Part shown: positions 19,066 through 32,135 of the stretch, piece after piece | How positions within the stretch are numbered: position 1 is the stretch's first letter | How the letters are laid out: each line of letters starts with the position of its first letter | From: Eledone cirrhosa | Lineage: Eukaryota | DNA length: 64,000 bases | Assembly: GCA_964016885.1 (NCBI GenBank) | Contig: CAXHJY010001084.1 | Location: 1-64,000 of the forward strand | Direction of reading: 5' to 3' | Notes under the pieces: model-generated | What the model was told of the DNA's origin: nothing | Databases searched by the model: none | What the model saw: only the letters and a program-made list of their open reading frames with translations | Position numbers and translations under genes: made by a program

Positions 19066-21000
19066 TTTTATTTTAAAATGAAACTGGAAAATCAATCATT
19101 GGCAGTGTCACTCTTGGAAAATATATCTTCATATGCTAACACTTCCAGCCCATGCTAACATATATTTTAAACCCATAAAATGTTAAAAATACATAAATAA
19201 ATGCTTAAATGAATACTCAAATGAAAAAACTGCAATTCAAGGGACAAGCTCAGAAATATCACACCCCCTTAAGTGAAAATTAAAAAAAGAGGAGATGGCT
19301 AATAACTATTTAAATCTGCAGCAGTTCCTGAAAGCTTTCAATCAATTAGCTTTCCAATCATTCCATTATTTGTTTACAGACATTTTGGAATTGAAAAGAT
19401 TACCTTTGTGATTCTCATGCATCTATTCTCTCTCTATATCCAATATGAGACACGGTTCAGAGCTTGATTCAGCATATTAACACAAAATATACTGTTTCTA
19501 TTTAGATTTCAGCTTGATGAAAGAAAATCCATTTCCTCTCCCCAAACCATTCCACCCCAAAGTATGTGCCATGGATTTTAATAAATTTCCAGCCAGTAAT
19601 AAATTCAAGCAAAGTAAAGCAGATTGTTTATGTTACATCCAGCTGCATTTTATTTAATAATGAGGTATTATTTTCAGAACAAATCAAACCAATATGTACA
19701 CAACGCATTCATGCACACACAAACGCAAGCAGACACATACCTTCTTGCCAAAAAATTGTTATTACTTTTTATTTTATTAACAAATATTGTATAGACATAT
19801 CAAATAAATGTATTTAATACGAGCCGGAAAAAATATTTGACAGAAATATTTTAATATAATTTTCATTTCAGAAAGCAAAGTAACCACAATTACTGAGAGA
19901 AAAACTGTATATAAGAGGAATCAAATGTAGTACTCAAAAATAAGACTGCACCAATATGCATATGGATGATGACACATTTCAGGTATTTTTATGAAAAAAA
20001 TGTTCTTTGAATGACTGCAGTATTATCATCTTCATCATTGTCATTTCCATATAATTTTGCTTTGGAGAACATGTCATTTGGAAAAGGTTACTAAGAGTAA
20101 TATCAAAATTTGCAAGACAAATATTTGCCTACTCATCTGGAAACACTGACTCTCAAGTCAAAAATATTTCCTCACTTACCAGCAGACACTGACTTTAAAG
20201 TAAAAAATATTTCCCCATTAACCTTCAAGACCATATTCTAATGAAAGACATTACCTATATATTTTATTCATTTTTAAAATGATCGAAAATTGTTGAGGGA
20301 TTTACTAGGTTAACTAATTTTTTTATTACAAAGCTATTGTTTAAAACAGACAGGTTCTTACTAAAATTATGATAGAAGTTTACATTTATATACAATCACA
20401 TTTAAAAGAGTAATTTTGTATCATAGAAGCAGGGACAGTCTAAGTTGGATTGGTACAAAAAGTGATAATGCTCTCTTTTACCATCCTTTTCATAAATAGT
20501 CACAAGTTAAGGTTCATGTCCTTTGATAATGCACACATTGACAGAAAAAATTATCAGGTGCAAAATCACAAGAGAAATAGGCAAATTAAAGCTTACCCTT
20601 TTATTTGTAAAACTTTTTCGGGAATGTTTTCTTTCAGACATCAGCTTCAGACTTAATCTGAAAAAATAAAGGATTATACTTAGTAAAATGTTATATGAAA
20701 TATTGAAAAGGGGTCTGAGCCAACCTCACCTCCATGTTTTGCTAATTAGGCTTTGTGTATGAAAAAATATTTTGATGAATGACAATACACACACACACAC
20801 ACACACACACATATACGTGCATATGTATGTCATAAATGTTGATCACATATTTGCTGACCAGACATGATGTGGCACGAAATGAAAAAAAATAGAGAAATGC
20901 TGAAATTGAATGTACAGCTACTTGTAGGCTTTACTCATTAAATCTTGATCCAAAATGATAACAATCAACAGAACAACACTTGAAAGAAATACATTAAATA

Positions 21001-21163
21001 AAAATGTCAAATGCTTGAAGTGGATGGAGACTGTGGAAAGAGAGAGAGAGAGACTGTGGAAAGAGAGAGAGAGAGAGACTGTGGAAAGAGAGAGAGAGAG
21101 AGACTGTGGAAAGAGAGAGAGAGAGAGACTGTGGAAAGAGAGAGAGAGAGAGAGACTGTGGGA

Positions 21164-21194
<31 letters not shown>

Positions 21195-24100
21195 GGAAAG
21201 AGAGAGAGAGAGAGACTGTGGAAAGAGAGAGAGAGAGACTGTGGAAAGAGAGAGAGAGAGAGACTGTGGAAAGAGAGAGAGAGAGAGACTGTGGAAAGAG
21301 AGAGAGAGAGAGACTGTGGAAAGAGAGAGAGAGAGAGACTGTGGAAAGAGAGAGAGAGAGACTGTGGGAAGATAGCAAGACTTGGGAAGATAGCAAGACT
21401 TGGGAAGAGAGCGAGAGACTTGGAAAGAGAGAGAGAGAGATTTGGAAGGAGAGAGAGATTTGGAAGGAGAGAGAGAGAGATTTGGAAGGAGAGAGAGATT
21501 TGGAAAGAGAGAGAGAGACTTGGGGAGAGAGAGAGACTTGGGAAGAGAGAGAGACTTGGGAAGAGAGAGAGAGACTTGGGAAGAGAGAGAGAGAGAGAGA
21601 GACTTGGGAAGAGAGAGGGAGAGAGACTTGGGAAGAGAGAGGGAGAGAGACTTGGAAAGAGTGAGAGAGAGACTTGAAAAGAGAGAGAGAGACTTGGGAA
21701 GAGAGAGAGAGAGACATGGGAAGAGAGAGAGAGAGACTTGGGAAGAGAGAGAGAGACTTGGAAAGAGAGAGACTTGGGAAGAGAGAGAGAGACTTGGGAA
21801 GAGAGAGAGACTTGGGAAGAGAGAGAGAGACTTGGGAAGAGAGAGAGAGACTTGGGAAGAGAGAGAGAGACTTGGGAAGAGAGAGAGACTTGGGAAGAGA
21901 GAGAGACTTGGGAAGAGAGAGAGAGAGAGACTTGGGCAGAGAGAGAGAGAGAGAGAGAGACTTGGGAAGAGAGAGAGAGAGATATTGGGAAGAGAGAGAG
22001 AGACACTTGGGAAGAGAGAGAGAGAGACTTGGGGAGAGAGAGAGAGAGACTTGGGGAGAGAGAGAGAGATTTGGGAAGAGAGAGAGAGAGATTTGGGAAG
22101 AGAGAGAGAGAGATTTGGGAAGAGAGAGAGATTTGGGAAGAGAGATTTGGGAAGAGAGAAAGAGAGAAAGAGATTTGGGAAGAGAAAGAGAGAAAGAGAT
22201 TTGGGGAGAGAGAGAGAGATTTAGGAAGAGAGAGAGAGGGAAGAGAGAGAGAGGGACTTGGAAAGAGAGAGAGAGAGAGAGGGACTTGGAAAGAGAGAGA
22301 GAGAGAGGGACTTGGAAAGAGAGAGTGAGAGAGGGACTTGGAAAGAGAGAGAGAGAGGGACTTGGAAAGAGAGAGAGAGAGGGACTTGGAAAGAGAGAGA
22401 GGGGGACTTGGAAAGAGAGAGAGGGGGACTTGGAAAGAGAGAGAGGGGGACTTGGAAAGAGAGAGAGGGGGACTTGGAAAGAGAGAGAGAGGGACTTGGA
22501 AAGAGAGAGAGAGGGACTTGGAAAGAGAGAGAGAGGGACTTGGAAAGAGAGAGAGAGGGACTTGGAAAGAGAGAGAGAGGGACTTGGAAAGAGAGAGAGA
22601 GGGACTTGGAAAGAGAGAGAGAGGGACTTGGAAAGAGAGAGGGAGGGACTTGGAAAGAGAGAGGGAGGGACTTAGAAAGAGAGAAGGACTTAGAAAGAGA
22701 GAGAGAGGGACTTGGAAAGAGAGAGAGAGGGACTTGGAAAGAGAGAGAGGGACTTGGGAATAGAGAGAGAGCGAGACTTGAGAAGAGAGAGAGAGACTTG
22801 GGGAGAGAGAGAGACTTGGGAAGAGAGAGAGAGAGACTTGGGGAGAGAGAGAGAGAGAGACTTGCGAAGAGAGAGAGAGTGACTTGGAAAGAGAGAGAGA
22901 GAGACTTGGGAAGAGAGAGAGGGACTTGGGAAGAGAGAGAGGGACTTGGGAAGAGAGAGAGGGACTTGGGAAGAGAGAGAGGGACTTGGGAAGAGAGAGA
23001 GGGACTTGGGGAGAGAGAGAGAGACTTGGGGAGAGAGAGAGAGACTTGGGGAGAGAGAGAGAGACTTGGGAGGAAGAGAGAGACTTGGTAGGAAGAGAGA
23101 GACTTGGGAGGAAGAGAGAGACTTGGGAGGAAGAGAGAGACTTGGGAAGAGAGAGAGAGAGAGACTTGGGAAGAGAGAGAGAGACTTGGGAAGAGAGAGA
23201 GAGACTTGGGAAGAAGAGAGAGACTTGGGAGGAAGAGAGAGACTTGGGAGGAAGAGAGAGACTTGGGAGGAAGAGAGAGACTTGGGAGGAAGAGAGAGAC
23301 TTGGAAAGAGAGAGAGACTTGGAAAGAGAGAGACTTGGGAAGAGAGAGAGAGACTTGGGAAGAGAGAGAGAGACTTGGGAAGAGAGAGAGAGACTTGGGA
23401 AGAGAGAGAGAGACTTGGGAAGAGAGAGAGAGACTTGGGAAGAGAGAGAGAGACTTGGGAAGAGAGAGAGAGACTTGGGAAGAGAGAGGGACTTGGGAAG
23501 AGAGAGAGGGACTTGGGAAGAGAGAGAGGGACTTGGGAAGAGAGAGAGGGACTTGGGAAGAGAGAGAGGGACTTGGGAAGAGAGAGAGGGACTTGGGAAG
23601 AGAGAGAGGGACTTGGGAAGAGAGAGAGAGGGACTTGGGAAGAGAGAGAGAGGGACTTGGGAAGAGAGAGAGAGACTTGGGAAGAGAGAGACTTGGGAAG
23701 AGAGAGAGAACTTGGGAAGAGAGAGAGAGACTTGGGAAGAGAGAGAGACTTGGGAGGAAGAGAGAGACTTGGGAAGAGAGAGAGACTTGGAAAGAGAGAG
23801 AGAGACTTGGAAAGAGAGAGAGGGACTTGGGAAGAGAGAGAGGGACTTGGGAAGAGCGAGAGGGACTTGGAAAGATAGAGAGACTTGGAAAGATAGAGAG
23901 ACTTGGGAAGAGAGAGAGACTTGGGAAGAGAGAGAGAGAGACTTGGGAAGAGAGAGAGAGACTTGGGAAGAGAGAGAGAGACTTGGGAAGAGAGAGAGAC
24001 TTGGGAGGAAGAGAGAGACTTGGAAAGAGAGAGAGACTTGGAAAGAGAGAGAGACTTGAAAAGAGAGAGAGAGACTTGGGAAGAGAGAGAGAGACTTGGG

Positions 24101-25461
24101 AAGAGAGAGAGAGACTTGGGAAGAGAGAGAGAGACTTGGGAAGAGAGAGAGAGACTTGGGAAGAGAGAGAGAGAGAGACTTGGGAAGAGAGAGAGAGAGG
24201 GACTTGGAAAGAGAGAGAGAGAGGGACTTGGAAAGAGAGAGAGGGACTTAGAAAGAGAGAGAGAAGGACTTGGAAAGAGAGAGAGAGGGACTTGGAAAGA
24301 GAGAGAGGGACTTGGAAAGAGAGAGAGAGAGACTTGGAAAGAGAGAGAGAGGCTTGGAAAGAGAGAGAGAGGCTTGGAAAGAGAGAGAGAGGCTTGGAAA
24401 GAGAGAGACTTGGAAAGAGAGAGAGAGAGACTTGGGAATAGAGAGAGAGCGAGACTTGGGAATAGAGAGAGAGCGAGACTTGGGAATAGAGAGAGAGCGA
24501 GACTTGAGAAGAGAGAGAGAGACTTGGGAAGAGAGAGAGAGAGACTTGGGTAGAGAGAGAGAGAGACTTGCGAAGAGAGAGTGAGAGAGACTTGCGAAGA
24601 GAGAGAGAGAGACTTGCGAAGAGAGAGTGAGAGAGACTTGGGAAGAGAGAGAGGGACTTGGGAAGAGAGAGAGAGGGACCTGGGAAGAGAGAGAGAGGGA
24701 CCTGGGAAGAGAGAGAGAGGGACTTGGGAAGAGAGAGAGAGGGATTTGGGAAGAGAGAGAGAGGGATTTGGGAAGAGAGAGAGAGAGGGATTTGGGAAGA
24801 GAGAGAGAGGGATTTGGGAAGAGAGAGAGAGGGATTTGGGAAGAGAGAGAGAGGGACTTGGGAAGAGAGAGAGAGGGACTTGGGAAGAGAGAGAGAGGGA
24901 CTTGGGAAGAGAGAGGGACTTGGGAAGAGAGAGAGAGGGACTTGGGAAGAGAGAGAGAGAGAGAGGGACTTGGGAAGAGAGAGAGAGAGAGGGACTTGGG
25001 AAGAGAGAGACATAGACTTGGGAAGAGAGAGAGAGAGACTTGGAGAGAGAGAGAGAGAGAGAGAGACTTGGAAAGAGAGAGAGAGACTTGGGAAGAGAGA
25101 GAGAGACTTGGGAAGAGAGAGAGACTTGGGAAGAGAGAGAGAGACTTGGGAAGAGAGAGAGAGACTTGGGAAGAGAGAGAGAGAGACTTGGGAAGAGAGA
25201 GAGAGACTTGGGAAGAGAGAGAGAGACTTGGGAAGAGAGAGAGAGACTTGGGAAGAGAGAGAGAGACTTGGGAAGAGAGAGAGGGACTTGGAAAGAGAGA
25301 GAGAGACTTGGGAAGAGAGAGATGGACTTGGAAAGAGAGAGAGAGGGACTTGGAAAGAGAGAGAGAGGGACTTGGAAAGAGAGGGACTTGGGAAGAGAGA
25401 GAGGGACTTGGGAAGAGAGAGAGAGAGACTTGGAGAGAGAGAGAGAGAGAGAGACTTGGAA

Positions 25462-25493
<32 letters not shown>

Positions 25494-26490
25494 GGAAAGA
25501 GAGAGAGAGACTTGGGAAGAGAGAGAGAGACTTGGGAAGAGAGAGAGAGACTTGGGAAGAGAGAGAGAGACTTGGGAAGAGAGAGAGAGACTTGGGAAGA
25601 GAGAGAGAGACTTGGGAAGAGAGAGGGGGACTTGGGAAGAGAGAGGGGGACTTGGAAAGAGAGAGAGAGACTTGGGAAGAGAGAGATGGACTTGGAAAGA
25701 GAGAGAGAGGGACTTGGAAAGAGAGAGAGAGGGACTTGGAAAGAGAGGGACTTGGGAAGAGAGGGACTTGGGAAGAGAGAGAGGGACTTGGGAAGAGAGA
25801 GAGGGACTTGGGAAGAGAGAGAGGGACTTGGGAAGAGAGAGAGGGACTTGGGAAGAGAGAGAGGGACTTGGGAAGAGAGAGAGGGACTTGGGAGGAAGAG
25901 AGAGGGACTTGGGAGGAAGAGAGAGGGACTTGGGAGGAAGAGAGAGGGACTTGGGAGGAAGAGAGAGGGACTTGGGAGGAAGAGAGAGGGACTTGGGAGG
26001 AAGAGAGGGACTTGGGAGGAAGCGAGAGACTTGGAAAGATAGAGAGACTTGGAAAGAGAGAGAGACTTGGGAAGAGAGAGAGAGACTCGGGAAGAGAGAG
26101 AGAGACTGTGGAAGAGAGAGAGAGACTTGGGAAGAGAGAGAGAGACTTGGGAAGAGAGAGAGAGAGACTTGGGAAGAGAGAGAGAGACTTTGGAAGAGAG
26201 AGAGACTTTGGAAGAGAGAGAGACTTGGGAGGAAGAGAGAGACTTGGGAGGAAGAGAGAGACTTGGAAAGAGAGAGAGACTTGGAAAGAGAGAGAGACTT
26301 GGAAAGAGAGAGAGACTTGGAAAGAGAGAGAGACTTGGGAAGAGAGAGAGAGACTTGGGAAGAGAGAGAGAGACTTGGCAACACATGGGATGATGTAAAG
26401 AATAACCTCAAGAAACTGAACCTCATGAAATGACACAATAGAGTTGACTGGCAATATGTTCTAATACAAAAGACCCACCTACCTGTACAA
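21001..26490 (+). pseudogene. Old RTE ORF2 C-terminal relic split by the GA satellite
   Basis: Left flank reads KCQMLEVDGDCGK and right flank TWDDVKNNLKKLNL...VDWQYVLIQKTHL, collinear with the young RTE segment [33 protein letters not shown]...[13 protein letters not shown]. Confidence 0.7.
21026..26379. repeat. 5.3-kb polypurine satellite: (GA)n punctuated by CTGTGGAA / CTTGGGAA / GGGACTTGGAAA, units about 16-26 bp
   Basis: Directly visible; extreme purine/pyrimidine strand asymmetry. Confidence 0.97.
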
Positions 26491-28022
26491 TGTATGCATT
26501 GAGTGACTGGAGACTATGGTATTGACAATCGGAGACAATATAGGGTTCGTCAATATTACGTGAGATAATTATATGAGGTAAAGCCTTTACCACAAAAATA
26601 CAGCAGTAAATATAGAGTAATGTAAATGCTAAAGAGTTAAATTAAAGAAACTCATTGTTAAGTCCTCTATAAAAATTCCATAGTTTGAATCAACATCTAC
26701 ACCCACCGACACCACTCCAACTGTTAATGAATATGTTTGTGTAAGCAGAAACTACTAAAAAAAAATAAACAAGAATACTATAATATAAATATATAAGTAA
26801 TAGTTCAACCAATAGTTTAGGGAGAATTTATAACATTTTATTAGGTTTACATCCTTTTCAACAACTCAATTAAAATCTATAGATAGGGATGGTTAAAAAA
26901 ATTATAAAAGTTATAAATTCTCCCTAAAAACCCTGGTTCGAATATTACTTATTTATACCCTGTAACCTTACACTTGTACAATATTTTGCTTTTTTATTCT
27001 ATGGATTACACCTTGAATGAATTTGTTCATTATATTTACAGATCAGACTAACATTGAGCTATAAACTTCTTGATATACCTCAACTAAGTTAATCAGTCAG
27101 CTTATTAAATTTTTGTTTATATAGAAAATGTAGGGATCCAAATGTAGGAAAGACTGTTATAGCAGTTGATTGATATAAATAATAGCCTAGAAAATTGGGT
27201 AAAATACCACTATAGAAAAAAAAATTAGACCAATAGTTACTATGAAGAAGAAAACTCTGTATTGCTCGAATTCCAATCAAGTGTTGTAACCATTTAGACC
27301 TCTGACAACAATTTCTGTCTAAATTAGAAGCTATATACGAACAGCTTGGATGTAAAACACTCTTAGATATAAACTATTGAAGTGCTGGGAAATATGAAAT
27401 TCTTTATAGAAAATGCAGGAATCCCAAATATAGAAAAAACTGTAACAACATTCGATTGCTATAAATAAAAACCTAGAAATTGGGTAAAATAATCCTATAG
27501 ATAAACACTACAGGCTTCCACACAGTTTCCATCTACCAAATTTCAGTCACAAGGCATTAATCAACCTGAAACCACGTGGTTGTGAAGCAAACTCCTTAAC
27601 CACACAATCATTATATATATTTTTTCTGTACTGTATTATCTCTACAAGATAATTTTTCACTCAGAGCATGATAAGCTATTCTATTAATGTGCAATATGAT
27701 AAAATGTTCAAGCTCAATTAATTGTTTACTATAAGAAGTCTCCCAACAGGACTCTAACAGTGTATTTATTGTTAGTGGAATAACTGTATTAAACAGTTGC
27801 ACTACAGAATTACTGCCATTCTCTAATCTCAAATTAGGTGTGCCATGTAAAACTTTTCTATTGCTATTTTAATTGTGCTACTTTATATCCAGTAGATAAT
27901 TTACCTGTCCACTTAGTACTAGCAGGTGTATCAGTCATCCACCCACCCCACACTATTTCACTGTTACTAATGTTGGTTTCTTTCTAAATTAACTATTAAT
28001 GATTTTAATGTAAATGATATTA

Positions 28023-28230
28023 GTTTCTGATTTAGGCACAAGGCCAACAATTTGGGGGGAGGGGAAAGTCGACTAAATCAACCCAGTGCATTACTGGTAC
28101 TTTATTTTATCAACCCTGTAAGAACGAAAGGCAAAGATAAGCTCAGCAGGATTTGAATTCAGATCGTAAAAGGCAGTAACTCTATGCTATAAAGCATGTT
28201 ATCCAACGCTCCACTGATACTGCCAATCCT
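28023..28230 (-). mobile_element. tRNA-derived SINE
   Basis: Same family core as 32136-32333 and 42251-42475. Confidence 0.75.
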
Positions 28231-28429
28231 GTCCTTTTAATGTAAATACTACAGAAGACCCGCCCTCCCATATGCTTGAGCTGAGGCATATATCTAATAG
28301 GCAACACCTTCATCAACCTTCTCCCCTCCCATACACCTCCCTTTGTGATAACCATCCCTCCCCTATTACCTATGTCCGCAATTTCACCAAGCTTCCTCCC
28401 CCACTCCCTAGTTCCAAGACAAAAACGGC

Positions 28430-28700
28430 CAGTCCACTCTGTAAAGTGATCATGTTGGTGACAACAAAAAGTGCCTAATCCACACTGTAATGTGGTTGTG
28501 TAGATGACATGACAAAAAACACCCAGCACATATTGTAAATGTGGTTGGCATTAGGAAGAGCATCCAGCTGTAGAAACCAAGCCAAAATCTGCCCCGGATG
28601 AGCTAAACATAGTCCTTTGACCTGATTCTCTCCCTAAGGGTCAACCTGTCCTACCAATGTTAGCATGGAAGATGGACGTTAAACAATGATGATGATGATA
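28430..28700 (+). mobile_element. Old RTE 3' UTR / RTE-tailed SINE fragment
   Basis: GGCATTAGGAAGAGCATCCAGCTGTAGAAA...AGCATGGAAGATGGACGTTAAAC(GAT)n matches the RTE tail. Similar relics lie at about 30630-30960(-), 36228-36292(+), 38300-38560(-), 41935-42245(+), 48130-48460(-) and 50690-50880(+). Confidence 0.65.
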
Positions 28701-28865
28701 TTAAACATTATGATAGAAATATGATCTGAGTTATGTCAATAGGTCTGCTGCTCCTTTCTTTATCAACAAATTAATGCTTGAAATGTGTAATTTCATATAC
28801 ATTAAATTCTTTGAAAGTAATTCAATCCAACTTAATCAAAATGTAATTTATTTCCATTACTTTAA

Positions 28866-29107
28866 TCCTTTTGATACCAAATTTCTCCTCATTCTACAAT
28901 ACAAAGCTGTTTATTTTAAAGTATTTGAATTTATCTAAAATCCTTCCATTATAATTTTATGTAAGAAATTTTATTCAGTTATGTTCCAAACACCAGCTTA
29001 ATAATGAGAAAGTTATATTACTAAATCCCTCCAAATTCATGAATATTTTCTAAATTATTTGAAAATCCTAGACTGTGTCTTTCATTGAAAATATGGTAAT
29101 GAAAGGG
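28866..29107. mobile_element. piggyBac-type MITE (TTAA-CCC...GGG family A), degraded
   Basis: Homologous to 39937-40148 and 44146-44372; ends GAAAGGG. Confidence 0.55.
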
Positions 29108-29229
29108 TTTTAAAGTGTTTATATCTGACTAAAAACCTTCCATTATAATTTTATGTAAGAACCTTCATTAAGATGTTCTATCATCATCATCGTTTAATGT
29201 CTATCTTCCACGCAAGCATGGGTTTAGAC

Positions 29230-30571
29230 CACAGGTTCTCAACCCATTTAGGCTAAACGCCCCCTTTTGTCCGTCAAAATCACGAAACGCCCCCCCCCCC
29301 CCCCCTCCCTTATTTTTCCATTTTTCAATATACTACTGATTTTCATATCAGTAGATTACTAAAAAATTGATTAACAATATTCCAAAGATGTGTGTATTAT
29401 CTGATTATGTGATGTATGTGGTCCTAGATGTGTGTATTATCTGATTATGTGATGTATGTGGTCCTAGATGTGTGTATTATCTGATTATGTGTTGTATGTG
29501 GTCCTAGATGTGTGTATTATCTGATTATGTGATGTATGTGGTCCTAGATGTGTGTATTATCTGATTATGTGTTGTATGTGGTCCTAGATGTGTGTATTAT
29601 CTGATTATGTGATGTATGTGGTCCTAGATGTGTGTATTATCTGATTATGTGTTGTATGTGGTCCTAGATGTGTGTATTATCTGATTATGTGATGTATGTG
29701 GTCCTAGATGTGTGTATTATCTGATTATGTGATGTATGTGGTCCTAGATGTGTGTATTATCTGATTATGTGATGTATGTGATCCTAGATGTGTGTATTAT
29801 CTGATTATGTGATGTATGTGGTCCTAGATGTGTGTATTATCTGATTATGTGATGTATGTGGTCCTAGATGTGTGTATTATCTGATTATGTGATGTATGTG
29901 GTCCTAGATGTGTGTATTATCTGATTATGTGGTGTATGTGGTCCTAGATGTGTGTATTATCTGATTATGTGATGTATGTGGTCCTAGATGTGTGTATTAT
30001 CTGATTATGTGTTGTATGTGGTCCTAGATGTGTGTATTATCTGATTATGTGTTGTATGTGGTCCTAGATGTGTGTGCTACCCACTACTGTTTTTTCTTTT
30101 CTTTTTTTTATTTGTAATATTATTTATACAATAGGGAATAAAATAGATCTACATAGTGTTAACTCATTGCAGCTGAGTCAATAATTTCAGACATGAAATA
30201 CATTGTTATCGGTGAAGGAAAGATAAGATTCTAACTGGCTGCACTCAAAGTGTCTTTGACCCAGTTGACTGGGTTTTTCCATTTTTAGGATCTCGATTAC
30301 CGGTTAATGTCTCAATTACCGGACATGCCTGCACACCTGCTAACAGCTGCGGTCAGACTATAGTTTTGCTGTCTGCAAGCTCATTCAAATGCATTCACAC
30401 TGGCTGTCTCAAAGACATACAAATATGGCTTATAAATCTTACCAAAATAAAGAGCCTTCCAGTCCCCCTCTAACCCCCCTCCCCCAGCTCCCCCCCCCCC
30501 CCCCCCCCCCAACGCGACCTTGCTCCCAAACGCCCCCCGGAGGTGCATATGCCCCCTGTTGAGAACCTTTG
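29230..30571. mobile_element. Non-autonomous hAT (Charlie-like) transposon
   Basis: TIRs CACAGGTTCTCAAC / GTTGAGAACCTTTG; perfect 8-bp TSD GTTTAGAC (29222-29229 and 30572-30579); inserted in an RTE tail relic. Confidence 0.88.
29386..30076. repeat. 40-bp minisatellite, 17 full units
   Basis: Unit AGATGTGTGTATTATCTGATTATGTG(A/T/G)TGTATGTGGTCCT, head-to-tail with no spacers. Confidence 0.97.
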
Positions 30572-31050
30572 GTTTAGACGTTCCAAAGACTGAAAAATGT
30601 CAAGGAGACATCCTTTCCCTCTTTGATTAATCATCATCATTTTAATGTCTGCTTTTCCTACTAGTAACGGTTGGACAGGTCTACATAAACCAAGTCAGAA
30701 CTGAAGCAGGGCTACTGATCTCCCAGACAGGCCAAGGATCTGCATCTCATTTATGTACAGTCTCACATTCTACTGAGTGCACAGGAGAGGTTGCCATGTC
30801 TGATAAAACTGAGGATCCTCCCAACCCTTTGTTTGGCAAGCTTACTATGGCTGGATGCCCTTCCTATCACCAACCACTTTACAGCGTGTACTGGGTGCAT
30901 TTATCACCAACACTAGAGAGATTGTCATGTCCTTGACATGACTGAGGAGTCCTCCCGTCGCTCTGTTTGTCAAGTCACAAATCACTTGACCAATTTGATT
31001 TTAGCTGAGATCCAGCTGCTACTACTAATAGGTCAAACAGGTACATAGAA

Positions 31051-31210
31051 CAGTGTTTCTCAACCATTTTTGTTCCATGCATGACTGATTTAATAATACA
31101 TGTGCCCCGCAATGATTGCACAAAGTTAGTATATAACATACCATATACACACCAATCTGAAGTCCCATGCACCACCAAAATATTGTTGCACCCCACCTTG
31201 AGCAACACTG
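31051..31210. mobile_element. hAT/Charlie-like MITE
   Basis: TIRs CAGTGTTTCTCAA / TTGAGCAACACTG; TSD only partly preserved. Confidence 0.6.
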
Positions 31211-32135
31211 ACAGAAAGTTAGCTCAGTATTGTTATCTCACCAACCGTCAGTGTATGGGACAAAGTATTTGTCCATATGGCAAATTGATGAAACATATTG
31301 GCAATACTAGCTGTGTATTTAACTAAAGGATATGAAATAGCTATTGCAACCACACCCTGGTAGGTTACTAAGACAACAGAAGTTGTCATAATATTAACAA
31401 CTATGATTTCACTATATATATATATATATATATATATAGATATCACTGTTTGTACAGTCCACATTTGGATTTGTTGTGAGAAAAAATAGAGCCAAATCAA
31501 GGTGGTTGGTAGAAAGAATCAGACAAATGAGAGAGGGGGGGAGGTAACAGATCAGACAGTGAGACAGTTGAAGAGAATGATAACTAAAGAGAAAGAGGGG
31601 GAAAAGAAAGAACAAAAAAGAAAGAAAAATAGAGTGTAAAAAGAAAAAGAGAAAGATACAAAGAAAAAAAGAAAGTAAGACAAAGAGTAGAAAGAAAGAA
31701 AAACAAAAAAAATCAGAGAAATAAGATAAAAAGAGAGAGAGAGAGAGAAAATTGATGGAAGGGTCAAAGAGGGGTAGATAGAGCACCAGTATGGATGGAA
31801 TCAATAGATGGAGAGAAAGGGAGAAAGATAAGATAAGATATAAAGAAGAAAAAGGAAAAAGAGACAGATGGTGTTAGAGACTCAGTTGCCACCACCAACA
31901 CCACCACCAATAACAACAACAATTTATACAATTCTGTAGTAGGAGGGAATCAATAAAAATACAGAACTAAAGTCCAAAGTAAACTGAAAACAAAAACTGA
32001 GTTTAGTTCAATAACTGAACTAAATATCGAAGCTTTCTCAGAATTATGGCAATAACAATAATATATATTAGATAACAATAATAATTGTTTCTACTATTGG
32101 CACAAGGCCAGCAATTACCCAGTACCAATAATAAT

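Noticed and set aside
20918-26454. Long ER/SL-repeat ORFs up to 1405 aa
   Set aside because: Translation of the GA satellite, open in multiple frames on both strands.
29386-30076. CRISPR-like array
   Set aside because: Head-to-tail 40-bp units without unique spacers, no cas genes, eukaryotic context, inside a hAT element.
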